A stretch of DNA of 34,690 nucleotides from Candidatus Sysuimicrobiota bacterium (lineage in GTDB: Bacteria > Sysuimicrobiota > Sysuimicrobiia > Sysuimicrobiales > Sysuimicrobiaceae), in contig PSLI01000022.1 of the NCBI GenBank assembly GCA_040289515.1, positions 1-34,690 on the forward strand. The letters run 5' to 3'. Below the pieces are notes generated by a model. The model was not told the DNA's origin and did not search any database. It saw nothing but the letters and a program-made list of their open reading frames with translations. The position numbers and the translations under genes are program-made. Below, piece by piece: positions 9,465-19,389 of the stretch; positions within the stretch are counted from its first letter, which is position 1, and the number at the start of each line of letters is the position of its first letter.

Positions 9465-10148
9465 TCAGATTACGCGGTGGGGGGGACTTTCTCCTTCTTC
9501 GGATCCTACCCAGCGGGACCCGCCCTCCCACACCTCCTTCTTCCAGATGGGGACCCGGACCTTGAGGGTGTCGATGGCGTACCGGCCCGCCTCGAAGGCA
9601 TCCCTGCGGTGGGCAGCGGACACCGCCACTGCCACGCTGACCTCGCCCACCTCCAGCCGGCCCGTGCGGTGCTCCATGGCCACCGCCGCCACGGGCCACC
9701 GCTGCATCACCTCCTGGGCGATGCGCTGCATCTCCCCCAGGGCCAGGCGCTCGTACGCCTCGTAGTCCAGGTGCAGGACCCGGGGACCCTGAGCGTTGTC
9801 CCTTACGGTGCCCAAAAACAGCACCACGGCACCCGCGTGGGGGTGGCGCACCCGGCCCAGCAGCTCCTCGGTTCGGATGGGACCGTCCACCAGGGCCACG
9901 TGCACGCTGCCCCCGCTCACGGGCGGGATCAGGGTGACCTCATCGCCCTCCCGCAACGGGTGGTCCGGCGGCACATACCGGTCGTCCACGGCGAACGAAG
10001 GACCCGGCAGCCGCCCCAGGGCCGGGTGCAGCTGCACGAGCCTCTCCCACGCTTCCCGTACACATGCCCCGCCCACAAGCTCCACAGGCACCTCCGGGGA
10101 CCCCACCGCCTCCCGGTACGCGGCGAACAGCCTCACGCGGACGCGCAC
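9465..10148 (-). CDS. moaE: Fused molybdopterin synthase MoaD-MoaE (MoaX-like); alternative start at ATG 10169
   Basis: N-terminal MoaD (VRLFAAYRE...GDEVTLIPPVSGG) runs directly into MoaE (GAVVLFLGTVR, LDYEAY, HRTG.L, HRRDAF, LKVRVPIWKKE). SD GGAGGG lies 7 nt before GTG 10148. Confidence 0.9.
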   Translation of the reverse strand: MRVRVRLFAAYREAVGSPEVPVELVGGACVREAWERLVQLHPALGRLPGPSFAVDDRYVPPDHPLREGDEVTLIPPVSGGSVHVALVDGPIRTEELLGRVRHPHAGAVVLFLGTVRDNAQGPRVLHLDYEAYERLALGEMQRIAQEVMQRWPVAAVAMEHRTGRLEVGEVSVAVAVSAAHRRDAFEAGRYAIDTLKVRVPIWKKEVWEGGSRWVGSEEGESPPHRVI

Positions 10149-10167
10149 GGTTTTTCCCTCCAGGGCC

Positions 10168-10173
10168 ATTCTA
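10168..10173 (-). promoter_or_regulatory. Putative sigma70 -10 box (TAGAAT) for the moaD-moaE/livG/fadD/livH/livM unit
   Basis: TAGAAT on the minus strand, just upstream of the SD and start, in a very GC-rich background. Confidence 0.45.
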
Positions 10174-10188
10174 CCGTCCCCTCGCCCG

Positions 10189-10209
10189 CCTGCCCCACAA
10201 TGGGGCAGG
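10189..10209. promoter_or_regulatory. Perfect 9-bp inverted repeat in the divergent intergenic region (operator or hairpin)
   Basis: CCTGCCCCA-CAA-TGGGGCAGG abuts the PHP ATG and contains CACAAT. Confidence 0.45.
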
Positions 10210-11082
10210 ATGCGGGTGCTGGATCCGTACGCACACCCGGGCGTGGACCGGAAGGCCCAGCTGCACTGCCACAGCACGGGCTCCGACGGCCGATACCCGC
10301 CGGAGGCGGTGGTGGAGCGCTACCGCCAGTTGGGGTTCAGCTTCGTGGCCATCACGGACCACGACACGGTGACGGATGCTTCGCGCCTGTCCGACCACGC
10401 CTGCTGCGTGATCCCCGGCGTGGAGGTCACGGTCCCCCGGCCGGTCCGGCCCTTCGGGCCCCACCTGGGCTGCCTGTTCGTGCACCGACCTCCCCAGGCG
10501 CGCACCGCGCAGGCGGCCATCTGGGAGGTGGTGCAGGCTGGCGGGGTAGCAGGCCTCAACCACCCCTCGTGGACGGGCAACCTGTGGACCGCCCGCTGGG
10601 GGACCTCCGAGGTCCGCAGCCTGCGGGGCTTCCACTTCGTGGAGGTCTGGAACCCCCACTCGGACCCCGAACTGGACACGCGGCGGTGGGTGCAGGCCGT
10701 GCGGTGGTGCGGCCCAGAGCACCCCGTGGCACCCGTGGCCGCGGACGACTTCCACCGGGACGGGCAGCTGGGTCGCGGCTGGGTGGTGGTGCGGGTTCCC
10801 TCCGTGACGGCTGCGGCCCTCCGGGAAGCGCTGCTGCGCGGGGCCGCGTACGCCACCACGGGGCCGCAGGCCGCCTTCGGGGTGCGAAAAGGGGCGGTGT
10901 GGGTGGAAAGCGATGCGGGGGAGGTCCGGTTTTACCGAGCCTGCGGCCGGATGGTGCACCGGGTCCGTCGCGGCTGCGCTCAGTACGAGCCGGCCCCGCA
11001 GGACGGGTTCGTGCGGGTCGAGTGCCACGGTGCAACAGGCCACGCCTGGTCTTCGGCCTTCTGGGTCCTGCCGGACCCCTGA
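10210..11082 (+). CDS. PHP-domain metallohydrolase (CehA/McbA-like)
   Basis: LHCHSTGSDG, ITDHD, GVE, NHP, EVWN and ADDFH metal-binding motifs. Confidence 0.85.
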   Translation: MRVLDPYAHPGVDRKAQLHCHSTGSDGRYPPEAVVERYRQLGFSFVAITDHDTVTDASRLSDHACCVIPGVEVTVPRPVRPFGPHLGCLFVHRPPQARTAQAAIWEVVQAGGVAGLNHPSWTGNLWTARWGTSEVRSLRGFHFVEVWNPHSDPELDTRRWVQAVRWCGPEHPVAPVAADDFHRDGQLGRGWVVVRVPSVTAAALREALLRGAAYATTGPQAAFGVRKGAVWVESDAGEVRFYRACGRMVHRVRRGCAQYEPAPQDGFVRVECHGATGHAWSSAFWVLPDP

Positions 11083-11111
11083 AGCTAGACCAGGCCCGGC
11101 GCGGGAACCGG

Positions 11112-13082
11112 TCAGGCCTCCTCTTTGCCCTCCTCCACGTACCGCTGCTTGATCTCCTCGATCCCCTTCGGGTCCGTGAGGGTGGTGGTGTCGCCCAGGG
11201 CCCGGCCTTCCGCCACGTCCCGCAGCAGCCGCCGCATGATCTTGGCGGAGCGGGTCTTGGGCAGGTCCGCGCAGAAGAACACGTCCTCAGGCCGCGCGAT
11301 GGGGCTGATCTTCTGCGCCACCCACTCCCGCAGCTCCTGCCGCAGGGCCTCGCTGGGTTCGTAGCCCGCCCGCAGGACCACGAAGGCGGAGACGGCCTGC
11401 CCCTTCTCCGGGTGGCTGCGGCCGATGGTGGCTGCTTCCGCCACCGCGGGGTGCGCCACCAGGGTGCTCTCGATCTCGATGTTGCTGAGGCGGTGGCCCG
11501 CTACGTTCACCACGTCGTCCACCCGCCCCTGGATCCAGAAGTAGCCGTCCTCGTCTCGCCGCGCACCGTCCCCGGTAAAGTACTTGCCGGGAAAGCGGCT
11601 CCAGTACACCTGCACGTACCGCTGCGGGTCTCCCCAGAAGGTGCGCAGCATGGCCGGCCACGGCCGGGTGAGGACCAGGTAGCCGCCCGCGTTGGGGGGT
11701 AGACTGTTGCCTTGGTCGTCCACCACGTCCGCGGTGATGCCGGGGAAGAGCAGGGTGGCCGAGCCGGGTTTCGTGGTGGTAAGGCCCGGAAGGGGCGTGA
11801 TGAGGATCATGCCCGTTTCCGTCTGCCACCAGGTGTCCACGATGGGGCACCGCCCCCCGCCGATGTGCTCGTGGTACCACATCCACGCCTCGGGGTTGAT
11901 GGGCTCGCCCACGGTCCCCAGCAGGCGCAGGCTGGTGAGGTCGCACCGCCGCGGGTACTCGGGCCCCCACTTCATGGCGGTGCGGATGAAGGTGGGGGAG
12001 GTGTACAGCACATTCACCCGGTACTTCTCCACGATGCGCCAGTACCGGTCTTTGTCGGGCCAGTCGGGGGCGCCTTCGTACATCACCGAGGTGGCCCCGT
12101 TGCTGAGCGGTCCGTACACGATGTAGCTGTGGCCGGTGACCCAACCGATGTCCGCGGTGCACCAGTACACATCCTCGTCCTTCAGGTCGAACACCCACTT
12201 GCTGGTGAGGTGCACGCCCAAGAGATACCCACCGGTGGTGTGCAGCACCCCCTTGGGCTTCCCCGTGGTGCCGGAGGTGTACAGGATGAACAGGGGGTGC
12301 TCGCTGTCGAGCTCCTCCGCGGGGCACGAGCCGGGGGCCTGGGCCTCCAGCTCGTGCCACCAGAAGTCCCGGCCTGCTCTCATGGACACCTCGTTGCCCG
12401 CGCGCCGCAGCACCACCACTTTCTCAACGGAGGGGCAGCTCTCCAGAGCCTGGTCCGCGAACTGCTTGAGGGGTACCACCTGGCGCCGGCGCCACGCCCC
12501 GTCCTGGGTGATGAGCACCTTCGCCTGCGCGTCCTGGATGCGGCCTGCCAGGGCCTCGGCGCTGAACCCGCCGAACACCACGCTGTGCGGGGCGCCGATG
12601 CGGGCGCAGGCCAGCATGGCGATGGGCAGCTCGGGCACCATCCCCATGTAGATGGTGACCCGGTCGCCCCTGTGCACCCCCAAAGCCTTCAGCACGTTGG
12701 CAAACCGCTGTACCTCCCGGTGCAGGTCCTGGTAGGTGAGCACCCGGCTGTCACCCGGCTCGCCCTCCCACACGAGGGCCGCCTTGGTGCGGCGCCAGGT
12801 GCGGGTGTGGCGGTCCACGCAGTTGTAGCAGACGTTCAGCCGCCCTCCCACGAACCACTTGGCCCACGGCGGGTTCCACTCCAGCACGCGGTCCCACTTG
12901 CGGAACCACTCCAGTTCCGCCTCCGCGTGTTTCGCCCAGAACCCCTCCGGGTCCCGGTTCGCCTCCTCGTACACCCCCGGGTCCCGCAGGTTGGCGCGGG
13001 CAGCGAACTCCGGAGGCGGGGGGAACCTGCGGGTCTCCTGCAGCAGGACCTGGATGGTAGCCTGGATCTGCACGCTGTCCAT
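11112..13082 (-). CDS. acs: Acetyl-CoA synthetase (acetate--CoA ligase)
   Basis: [34 protein letters not shown] and [12 protein letters not shown] motifs. SD GGGGGA. Confidence 0.96.
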   Translation of the reverse strand: MDSVQIQATIQVLLQETRRFPPPPEFAARANLRDPGVYEEANRDPEGFWAKHAEAELEWFRKWDRVLEWNPPWAKWFVGGRLNVCYNCVDRHTRTWRRTKAALVWEGEPGDSRVLTYQDLHREVQRFANVLKALGVHRGDRVTIYMGMVPELPIAMLACARIGAPHSVVFGGFSAEALAGRIQDAQAKVLITQDGAWRRRQVVPLKQFADQALESCPSVEKVVVLRRAGNEVSMRAGRDFWWHELEAQAPGSCPAEELDSEHPLFILYTSGTTGKPKGVLHTTGGYLLGVHLTSKWVFDLKDEDVYWCTADIGWVTGHSYIVYGPLSNGATSVMYEGAPDWPDKDRYWRIVEKYRVNVLYTSPTFIRTAMKWGPEYPRRCDLTSLRLLGTVGEPINPEAWMWYHEHIGGGRCPIVDTWWQTETGMILITPLPGLTTTKPGSATLLFPGITADVVDDQGNSLPPNAGGYLVLTRPWPAMLRTFWGDPQRYVQVYWSRFPGKYFTGDGARRDEDGYFWIQGRVDDVVNVAGHRLSNIEIESTLVAHPAVAEAATIGRSHPEKGQAVSAFVVLRAGYEPSEALRQELREWVAQKISPIARPEDVFFCADLPKTRSAKIMRRLLRDVAEGRALGDTTTLTDPKGIEEIKQRYVEEGKEEA

Positions 13083-13164
13083 ACGATCCCCCCTTCGCTT
13101 TACCAGGCTGATGCGGATGGCTTAGCGGTTGTGTTCGCCGGACCTCTTCCTTGCACCTGCCTCG

Positions 13165-13411
13165 CTCCGCCTGCAGCTGCCTCCAGGCGGCCCGGGCCTC
13201 CTCCACGGACCCCTCGTCCTCGATCGTGGTGATGTCCCCGGGGTCCCGGCCCAGGATCACCGAGCGAAGAACCCGCCGCATGATCTTCCTGGTGCGGTTC
13301 TTGGGCAGCACGAAGACAAAGGTCACCTCCCCGTCCGGCCGGCCCAACACCCCGCCTCCGCCACCGCGGGGTGGTGCCGGAGGTGGCGAGGATGTAGGCA
13401 GGCTCATTGGC
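13165..13411 (-). pseudogene. Collapsed remnant of a second acetyl-CoA synthetase
   Basis: Successive fragments in shifting frames: ANEPAYILATSGTT (13411-13370), HPAVAEA/GVLGRPD (13373-13333), GEVTFV..LPKNRTRKIMRRVLRSVILGRDPGDITTIEDEGSVEEA (to about 13165). Confidence 0.85.
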
Positions 13412-13419
13412 TACCGGGG

Positions 13420-14559
13420 TTAGCCAGCCATGGCCAGGAGGCGGTCGACCATGCGGAGAGCAGCACCAGGGGGGCCCATACGGTGCTTGCCCGCCTGTCC
13501 GCGGCGCCGCCGCTCCTCCGGGTCTTCCAGAAGCCTCAGGACCGCGCGCGCGGCCTCCTGCGGTCCGGAGACGGGAACTACGGCCTCACCCAGCAGCTTC
13601 GCCTGCAGCTGGAGGAACTTCCGGTTGAACTGGACTCCGCCGCCGGGGAACACCACCACGGGTTTGCCCAGCCCCGCTGCCTGCTCGTGAGCGGTGCCCG
13701 CCATGCCCAGGACCACCCAGCTGCGCGCGACAGCATCGGCGAAGTTGCGGGTCCACTGCACCTGCAGGTGCTCATCGCGCATCCAGGACGGGTCCAGGAC
13801 GGCTCCGCAGGCCCGGGCCAGCTCCTCGGGTTGCACGCTGGGGGAGACGGCCAGCAGGAAGTGCACGTCAGCCCGCCGCGCAGCGATCTGCCGGGCGGCG
13901 GCCCAAAGCCGGGCCAGGTTGTCGCCCGCGTCGCGCCGGCTGCCCGGCAGGAGCAGCACCACCGGCGCCTCCTGCGGCAGGTGGAAGGTCTCGCCCGAAA
14001 ACTCCAGGCAGTCCATCATGAGGTTGCCCACGAACTCCGCGGGCAGGCCCGCGCGCCGGAAGCGCTCCGCGGTGACCTCGTCCCGCGGGAACGAAAGCGC
14101 GCTCATCCGGCGCACCAGGGCCAACTCGAACCACCGGTGCGGGTCGTTGGTCTCCGACTTGGCGGTGGGCACGTACACTACCGTTCTCCCTGCCGCGGAG
14201 GCCATCCACAGGCAGAACACATCGCCCACGGCCACCACCAGCCGGTGACGGTTTCGCTGCGCCCGCAGGGTCCCGCGCTGGGCCAGGGTGAGGGGGATCC
14301 AGCCGGCCCGCAGGTCCTCCCACGCGGCCCGGATCCCCGTGCGGAACCCGAAACCCGCGGTGGGCAGATTTCGCCTCGGGTCCAGGGTCCGCACGCCTGC
14401 GGCGGCGTACGCCTGGCCCATCCCCACCAGGGGATACGCCGTCACCTCCACCCCCCGCGACCGCAGGGCGCGCGCCAAAGCCGCGCCCATCAGGTCCTCT
14501 CCATACCCGTTGGAGACCAGCAGGCAGGAAACCGATCGCGCGGAGTCTTGCGGGTTCAC
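13420..14559 (-). CDS. Lipid-A-disaccharide synthase-related GT-B protein (TIGR03492-like)
   Basis: GTG 14559 in a GTGA overlap. LLVSNGYGED, VAVGD, AKS, GNLMMD, LLPGSR, MAGTA.EQAAGLGKPV and RMGPPGA motifs. Confidence 0.8.
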   Translation of the reverse strand: MNPQDSARSVSCLLVSNGYGEDLMGAALARALRSRGVEVTAYPLVGMGQAYAAAGVRTLDPRRNLPTAGFGFRTGIRAAWEDLRAGWIPLTLAQRGTLRAQRNRHRLVVAVGDVFCLWMASAAGRTVVYVPTAKSETNDPHRWFELALVRRMSALSFPRDEVTAERFRRAGLPAEFVGNLMMDCLEFSGETFHLPQEAPVVLLLPGSRRDAGDNLARLWAAARQIAARRADVHFLLAVSPSVQPEELARACGAVLDPSWMRDEHLQVQWTRNFADAVARSWVVLGMAGTAHEQAAGLGKPVVVFPGGGVQFNRKFLQLQAKLLGEAVVPVSGPQEAARAVLRLLEDPEERRRRGQAGKHRMGPPGAALRMVDRLLAMAG

Positions 14560-15539
14560 CGGACCCTTCGCCCCGGCCCCCGAGCGTCTGGCGAGATCTC
14601 CTGTAGGGCTGCCCACACGCCTTCGTAGTAACCGTGCCACAAAAGGTGGCAGTAGCACTCGCTGGCCACCGCAAGCCACACCTTCCGCCGCAACCCAACG
14701 GCCGACCGCAACGCGCGCTCCGCCACGTGGAGCACGGCCTGCACGCCGGGAGTAAGGATCCCGCTGCGGTAAACCAACCACTTCAGGGGCCGGACCAGGG
14801 GGTGCAGCTCCAGAAACATGCCCAGCCCAAACGGGCGGCCGTGCTTTGTCCAGAAGTAGACAGCCCCGCGGCCTGCCTCCACCTGCTTCCGTCGGGCCGT
14901 CTTGAGGTCCTCCACGTGGTAATGCCAGGCGCGAGCCTGCGGCTCCCACCGCAGCCGGACGCCCGCCTTGCGCAGGCGAAATCCCAGCTCGATGTCCTCC
15001 CACCCGTAGCCCGCAAACGACTCGTCGAACCCACCGACCGCCCACAGGTCCTCTGCCCGCACGGAGAAGTTGCGGGTGACGACGTGGTAGGGCGACAGGT
15101 CGTGAGCCCGCCGCGGCGTCAGGTCCGGGAACATCTCCTTTACTTCCATAAAGGGGGTGCGCTTGCTGTCCGGGTGGGTGAAGCTGGGGCCCTGCACCCC
15201 CACCCGGCTCCCGTCCCGGTGGTGGCGGGCATGCGCGGCCAGTAGCTGCGGCTCAGCCCACACGTCTGCGTCGAGGAACAGCAGTACCCCGAAGCGTGCC
15301 GCGCGGGCTCCCGCGTTACGGGCCGCGGCACGTCCCCGGTGCGGCTGAGGAAGGTAGCGGACGGGCAGGGAGCGGGCAGCTTGCTGCACCACCTCCGCAG
15401 TCCCGTCCGTCGATCCGTCGTCCACCACCAACACCTCGTACCGGTCAGGAGGGTAGTCCTGGGCCGCCAGCCGCTCCAGGGTGGTCCGCAGCACCGCCTC
15501 GGCGTTGTACGCCGGAATCACGACGGAAATGCCCGGCAC
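14556..15539 (-). CDS. Glycosyltransferase family 2
   Basis: SVVIPAYN, VVDDGSTD, ARNAG, FLDAD and GGFDE...YGWED motifs. Confidence 0.92.
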   Translation of the reverse strand: MPGISVVIPAYNAEAVLRTTLERLAAQDYPPDRYEVLVVDDGSTDGTAEVVQQAARSLPVRYLPQPHRGRAAARNAGARAARFGVLLFLDADVWAEPQLLAAHARHHRDGSRVGVQGPSFTHPDSKRTPFMEVKEMFPDLTPRRAHDLSPYHVVTRNFSVRAEDLWAVGGFDESFAGYGWEDIELGFRLRKAGVRLRWEPQARAWHYHVEDLKTARRKQVEAGRGAVYFWTKHGRPFGLGMFLELHPLVRPLKWLVYRSGILTPGVQAVLHVAERALRSAVGLRRKVWLAVASECYCHLLWHGYYEGVWAALQEISPDARGPGRRVR

Positions 15540-16756
15540 GGGATTCCCCTCACGCGGTCGGACGTAGGCTGCCCCGCCAGCAGCACCGCCGCCAGCAGCC
15601 AGAAACCCAGGCCCAGGTGGAAGGACTGCAGGGTGCCGTCCACCAGCTGCTGAGCCAGCATGCCCGACAAAGCCGCTGCAGCACCCGCCTGCAGGGCTAA
15701 TTCCCCTGGTGGTGCCCGCTGCAGGCTACGCCATCCATAGCGGAGGAGTGCCCCCACGAAGACCGCGAAGGCCACCAGCCCCAGCAGGCCCGTCTCCGCC
15801 GCCAAACTCAGCGGGAGGTTGTGGGCAAAGGGCGGAGCCGTGTTGGGGTCCTGTGGCAGCCGGTACTTCGGGTACTCCCGCACGAAGGCACCGAAGCCTA
15901 CTCCCACCCACGGGTGCTCGGCCGCCATCCGCAGGGAGGCCCTCCACAGCAACAACCGGTCCTGGTTCCTCCCGGGATCCAGGGTGCTGAGGGCGCGAGC
16001 CTGCACCGGAAGATACGCGACGACCACGGCGACGGCGGCGCCCGCCAGGGCGGCAGCGAGCCACCGCGTGCGCCGGCTCCGTGCTCCTGCCAGCAGAGTG
16101 AAGCACACGAGTCCCCCCACCCACCCCAGCCATGACCCGCGGCTGAAAGTGGCCAGCAGCCCCGCGAGGATGGGGACCTGCGCCGCCACACCGAGAACCC
16201 GCAGCGTCGTGCCGCCGGCGGCACACAGCCCGAGCCCGACTAAGGAGCTCGCCAGCAGCACGGTGCCCGCGGCGTTCACCCCGAGCTGCGGCAGGTCGCC
16301 CGGTCCACCTGCGGCGTGCACGTAGCGCCACACCACCCAACTTCCGGCGGCTACGCCGCCCACCACCCAGGCAGCGAACAGGTTCCGCACCCATCCGGGC
16401 CGCTCCCGGAGGGTGCGCAGGGTGGGGGCCAGCGCCGCCACAGGCCCCAGGCCCAGGAGCACGGCGTTGGGCACCGCCAGGTCCCGGTGAGGGGATATCA
16501 CGCTCGAGACCCCCACGAGCGCGAGCCACAGGAAGAGCATGCGGTCTAACGGGGTCGGTTCCCAGGGCCACCGGCGTGCGGCGGCGTTCTCCCACATCCA
16601 CAGCACGAACAACGGCACCGCCCCCGCCAGCACGTAGCCTACCGGCAGGAGGGCCGCGGTGGCGCACAGCAGGGCCGCCCGCGCGGGCCGTGGGTCGAAA
16701 AGCCGCGGCCGGCTGGTGGGCTTGCCTACGCGGGCGTCCGGGATCACTTCAGCCAT
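15518..16756 (-). CDS. O-antigen ligase family (WaaL/Wzy_C) membrane protein; alternative start at GTG 16747
   Basis: Multi-TM protein with TFSRGSWLG, R...W, HPWVGVGFG and AHN...AETGLLG motifs. Confidence 0.85.
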   Translation of the reverse strand: MAEVIPDARVGKPTSRPRLFDPRPARAALLCATAALLPVGYVLAGAVPLFVLWMWENAAARRWPWEPTPLDRMLFLWLALVGVSSVISPHRDLAVPNAVLLGLGPVAALAPTLRTLRERPGWVRNLFAAWVVGGVAAGSWVVWRYVHAAGGPGDLPQLGVNAAGTVLLASSLVGLGLCAAGGTTLRVLGVAAQVPILAGLLATFSRGSWLGWVGGLVCFTLLAGARSRRTRWLAAALAGAAVAVVVAYLPVQARALSTLDPGRNQDRLLLWRASLRMAAEHPWVGVGFGAFVREYPKYRLPQDPNTAPPFAHNLPLSLAAETGLLGLVAFAVFVGALLRYGWRSLQRAPPGELALQAGAAAALSGMLAQQLVDGTLQSFHLGLGFWLLAAVLLAGQPTSDRVRGIPCRAFPS

Positions 16757-17637
16757 TCGCGCTGCAGGATGCTAAGGTAGTAGCGGTTGAATGCTACCCT
16801 CGCCAGCACGTGGGCCAGGCGGCGGCTGCGCAGCCTTCGCAGCACCGACGTGAGGTTACGCTCGTTGATGGCCCCGCCGCCGGTGAGGAGGAAGGCCGCG
16901 GCCCGGTGCAGGGGCGTGAGCTGGGTGAGGAACCGGCTTGCCAGGCCCGGGTGCTTCCGCAGCAGCCGCACCGCCATGCGCGCCCGCTCTTCTTCCCTGC
17001 GGAGCAGGTCCGGCACGCTGTCGGGGCTCGGGGGCGGCTGGTAGTGGTACGCGAGGGCATGCCGGGAAAGCACGCGGCGCAGTCCGAGCCTGCGCAAGCG
17101 AAAGCCCAGGTCCACGTCCTCCCACCCGTAGTGCCGGAACTCCTCGTCAAACCCGCCGGCGGCCAGCAGGTGCTCCCGGCGCACGGAGGCGTTGGCGGTG
17201 TCCAAGAAACCGGGGGAGGGGTCCGGCAGCAGCGGGGGATTGCCGAAGGGATTCTCCAGGTGCGTGGTGAGCAGCAGGGGCCCGCGGCCCACCGCGGCAG
17301 GCCACCGCTCGTGGATGGCCGCGTGCGCGGACAGGAACTGCGGTGTGGCGAACACGTCGCTGTCCACGAACACCACCACCTCGCCCGCGGCCTGCTGGAT
17401 CCCCAGGTTGCGGGCCGCGGCCCGGCCTCGGTTGGACGGCTGGCGCAAGTAACGGACGTTCACGGTGCCCTGAAAGCCGCGCACCACATCCTGTGTGTCA
17501 TCTGTGGACCCGTCGTCCACCACCAGGACCTCAAAACGGTCGCGGGGCAGGGTCTGGACTGCCAGGCTGGCGAGGCAGACCCGCAGCACCGCGGACCGGT
17601 TGTAAGTGGGGATCACCACGGACAGTTGCAGCGCCAT
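16744..17637 (-). CDS. Glycosyltransferase family 2
   Basis: SVVIPTYN, DDGSTD, ARNLG, FVDSD and GGFDE...YGWED motifs. Confidence 0.92.
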   Translation of the reverse strand: MALQLSVVIPTYNRSAVLRVCLASLAVQTLPRDRFEVLVVDDGSTDDTQDVVRGFQGTVNVRYLRQPSNRGRAAARNLGIQQAAGEVVVFVDSDVFATPQFLSAHAAIHERWPAAVGRGPLLLTTHLENPFGNPPLLPDPSPGFLDTANASVRREHLLAAGGFDEEFRHYGWEDVDLGFRLRRLGLRRVLSRHALAYHYQPPPSPDSVPDLLRREEERARMAVRLLRKHPGLASRFLTQLTPLHRAAAFLLTGGGAINERNLTSVLRRLRSRRLAHVLARVAFNRYYLSILQREWLK

Positions 17638-17643
17638 CCTCGC

Positions 17644-19389
17644 TCACCTCGCTCCTGTCTGGGGCACGGGTTCGGCCAGCAGCTGGCCCTCCGCCAGGGT
17701 GCGGAACAGGCCCCCCTGCCGCAGGAGAAAGTCGTACGTCCCTTCCTGCACCACCCGCCCCTCCGCGAGCACCACGATCCGGTGCGCCCGGCGCACCGTG
17801 CTCAGGCGGTGGGCGATTACCAGGGCGGTGCGGCCTGCCATGAGGCGTTCGATGGCCTCCTGCACCAGGGCCTCGGACTCCGAGTCCAGGGAGGAGGTGG
17901 CCTCGTCCAGCACAATGATCTCCGGGTCCATGAGCAGGGCGCGGGCGATGGCCAGGCGCTGCCGCTGGCCGCCGGACAGGGTCAGGCCGGCCTCGTCCAG
18001 GGGTGTGTCGTAGCCCCGGGGCAGGGCGCGGATGAAGCCGTCCGCGTTGGCCGCCACGGCCGCGCGCACCACCTCCTCCAGGAGGGCCTCCGGCCGACCG
18101 TACGCGATGTTGTCCCGGATGGTGCCCGCGAACAGCACCGTCTCCTGGGGCACGTACGCGATGCGCCGGCGCAGGCAGTCCGTGCGGATCTCCCGCAGGT
18201 CCACCCCGCCCACCGTCACCCGGCCCCGGGTGGGCTCGTAAAACCGCAGAAGCAGGTTGGCCAGCGAGGTCTTGCCGGCACCGCTGGGCCCCACCAGGGC
18301 TACGTGCTCCCCGGGTCGGATGCGCAGGTCCACCCCGCGGAGGGCCCAGCGGCCCGGCTCGTACGCTAGCCACACGTCCTCGAAGACCACCTCCCCGAGA
18401 CTCCCCACGAGGTCCCGGGCACCCTTGGGCTCTTCTGCCACCGGCACGCGCAGGATCTCCTCCACCCGCTCTAGGGCGGCCGCCGCCTGCCGCGCGTGAC
18501 TGTACAGCCGGGTAAGGCTCACGCCGGGCTCGATGGCCATGGCCACGTACGCGATGAACGCCACCAGCTCCCCCGGGGTCATCAGGCGGGCGGCCACCAG
18601 CTGCCCGCCCACCCACAGGAACACGATCAGCCCCACCGCGGTGGCCAGGCTCATGGCGGCGACTTCCAGGGCCACCAGGCGGCCGATGCGCAGCTGCTCC
18701 CGCAGCAGGTGCCGGTTCTCAGCCCCGAAGCGCTGCTCCTCGCGGTGCTCCTGCACGAAGGCGCGGACGATGCGGGCGCCCGCGATCACATCCCGTACCC
18801 GGGCCGCCAGATCCGCCACCCGCTGCTGGGCGAGGCTGGAGGTGTGCTGGATCTGAGCGCCAAAGTGACGGGCCAGCACCGCGGTCCCGGGGAGAATGGC
18901 AAAGGTGGCCGTGGCCAGCCGCCAGTCCAGCACGAACAGCATGACCACGGTCCCCAGCAGCGTCACCGCGGTGGCCACCAAGTCCACAAGCCCCACCAGG
19001 AGGTGCGTGTGCACCAGCTGCGTGTCCTGCAGGGCCCGGGACATCACCTCCGCGCTGTGCCACCCGCCCAGGCGGTCCACCGGCCAGCGCAGCACCCGGG
19101 CAAACAGCCGCTCCCGCAGTTCCGCGATGGCCCGGTGGGCGAAGGCGAAGCTCAGGGAGATCTGGCCGTACAGGAACAGGGAGCGCACGGCGAACACGGC
19201 AAGGCCCAGTAGCGCCAGGTGCTTCAGCAACTCCAGGTCGCCGGTGGACACGAGGCGGTCCACCAGATCCCGGAACAGCAGAGGGACGCTGAGGCCCGCC
19301 GCGGTGGCCGCCAGCACGCAAACCACCGCGGCCACCAGCAGGCCGCGGTGGGGCCACGCGACCTCCCGCAACAGAGCGGGCACCCTCAT
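17644..19389 (-). CDS. ABC exporter, fused permease/ATPase (MsbA-like)
   Basis: ATG 19389 in an ATGA overlap. N-terminal TM domain, GPSGAGKTS, LSGGQRQRLAIARA, LDEATSSLD and IAHRLST. MsbA role inferred from context. Confidence 0.85.
   Translation of the reverse strand: MRVPALLREVAWPHRGLLVAAVVCVLAATAAGLSVPLLFRDLVDRLVSTGDLELLKHLALLGLAVFAVRSLFLYGQISLSFAFAHRAIAELRERLFARVLRWPVDRLGGWHSAEVMSRALQDTQLVHTHLLVGLVDLVATAVTLLGTVVMLFVLDWRLATATFAILPGTAVLARHFGAQIQHTSSLAQQRVADLAARVRDVIAGARIVRAFVQEHREEQRFGAENRHLLREQLRIGRLVALEVAAMSLATAVGLIVFLWVGGQLVAARLMTPGELVAFIAYVAMAIEPGVSLTRLYSHARQAAAALERVEEILRVPVAEEPKGARDLVGSLGEVVFEDVWLAYEPGRWALRGVDLRIRPGEHVALVGPSGAGKTSLANLLLRFYEPTRGRVTVGGVDLREIRTDCLRRRIAYVPQETVLFAGTIRDNIAYGRPEALLEEVVRAAVAANADGFIRALPRGYDTPLDEAGLTLSGGQRQRLAIARALLMDPEIIVLDEATSSLDSESEALVQEAIERLMAGRTALVIAHRLSTVRRAHRIVVLAEGRVVQEGTYDFLLRQGGLFRTLAEGQLLAEPVPQTGAR

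Noticed and set aside
11083..11111. Bidirectional terminator between the PHP gene and acs
   Set aside because: Only weak, interrupted pairing and no U-tract.
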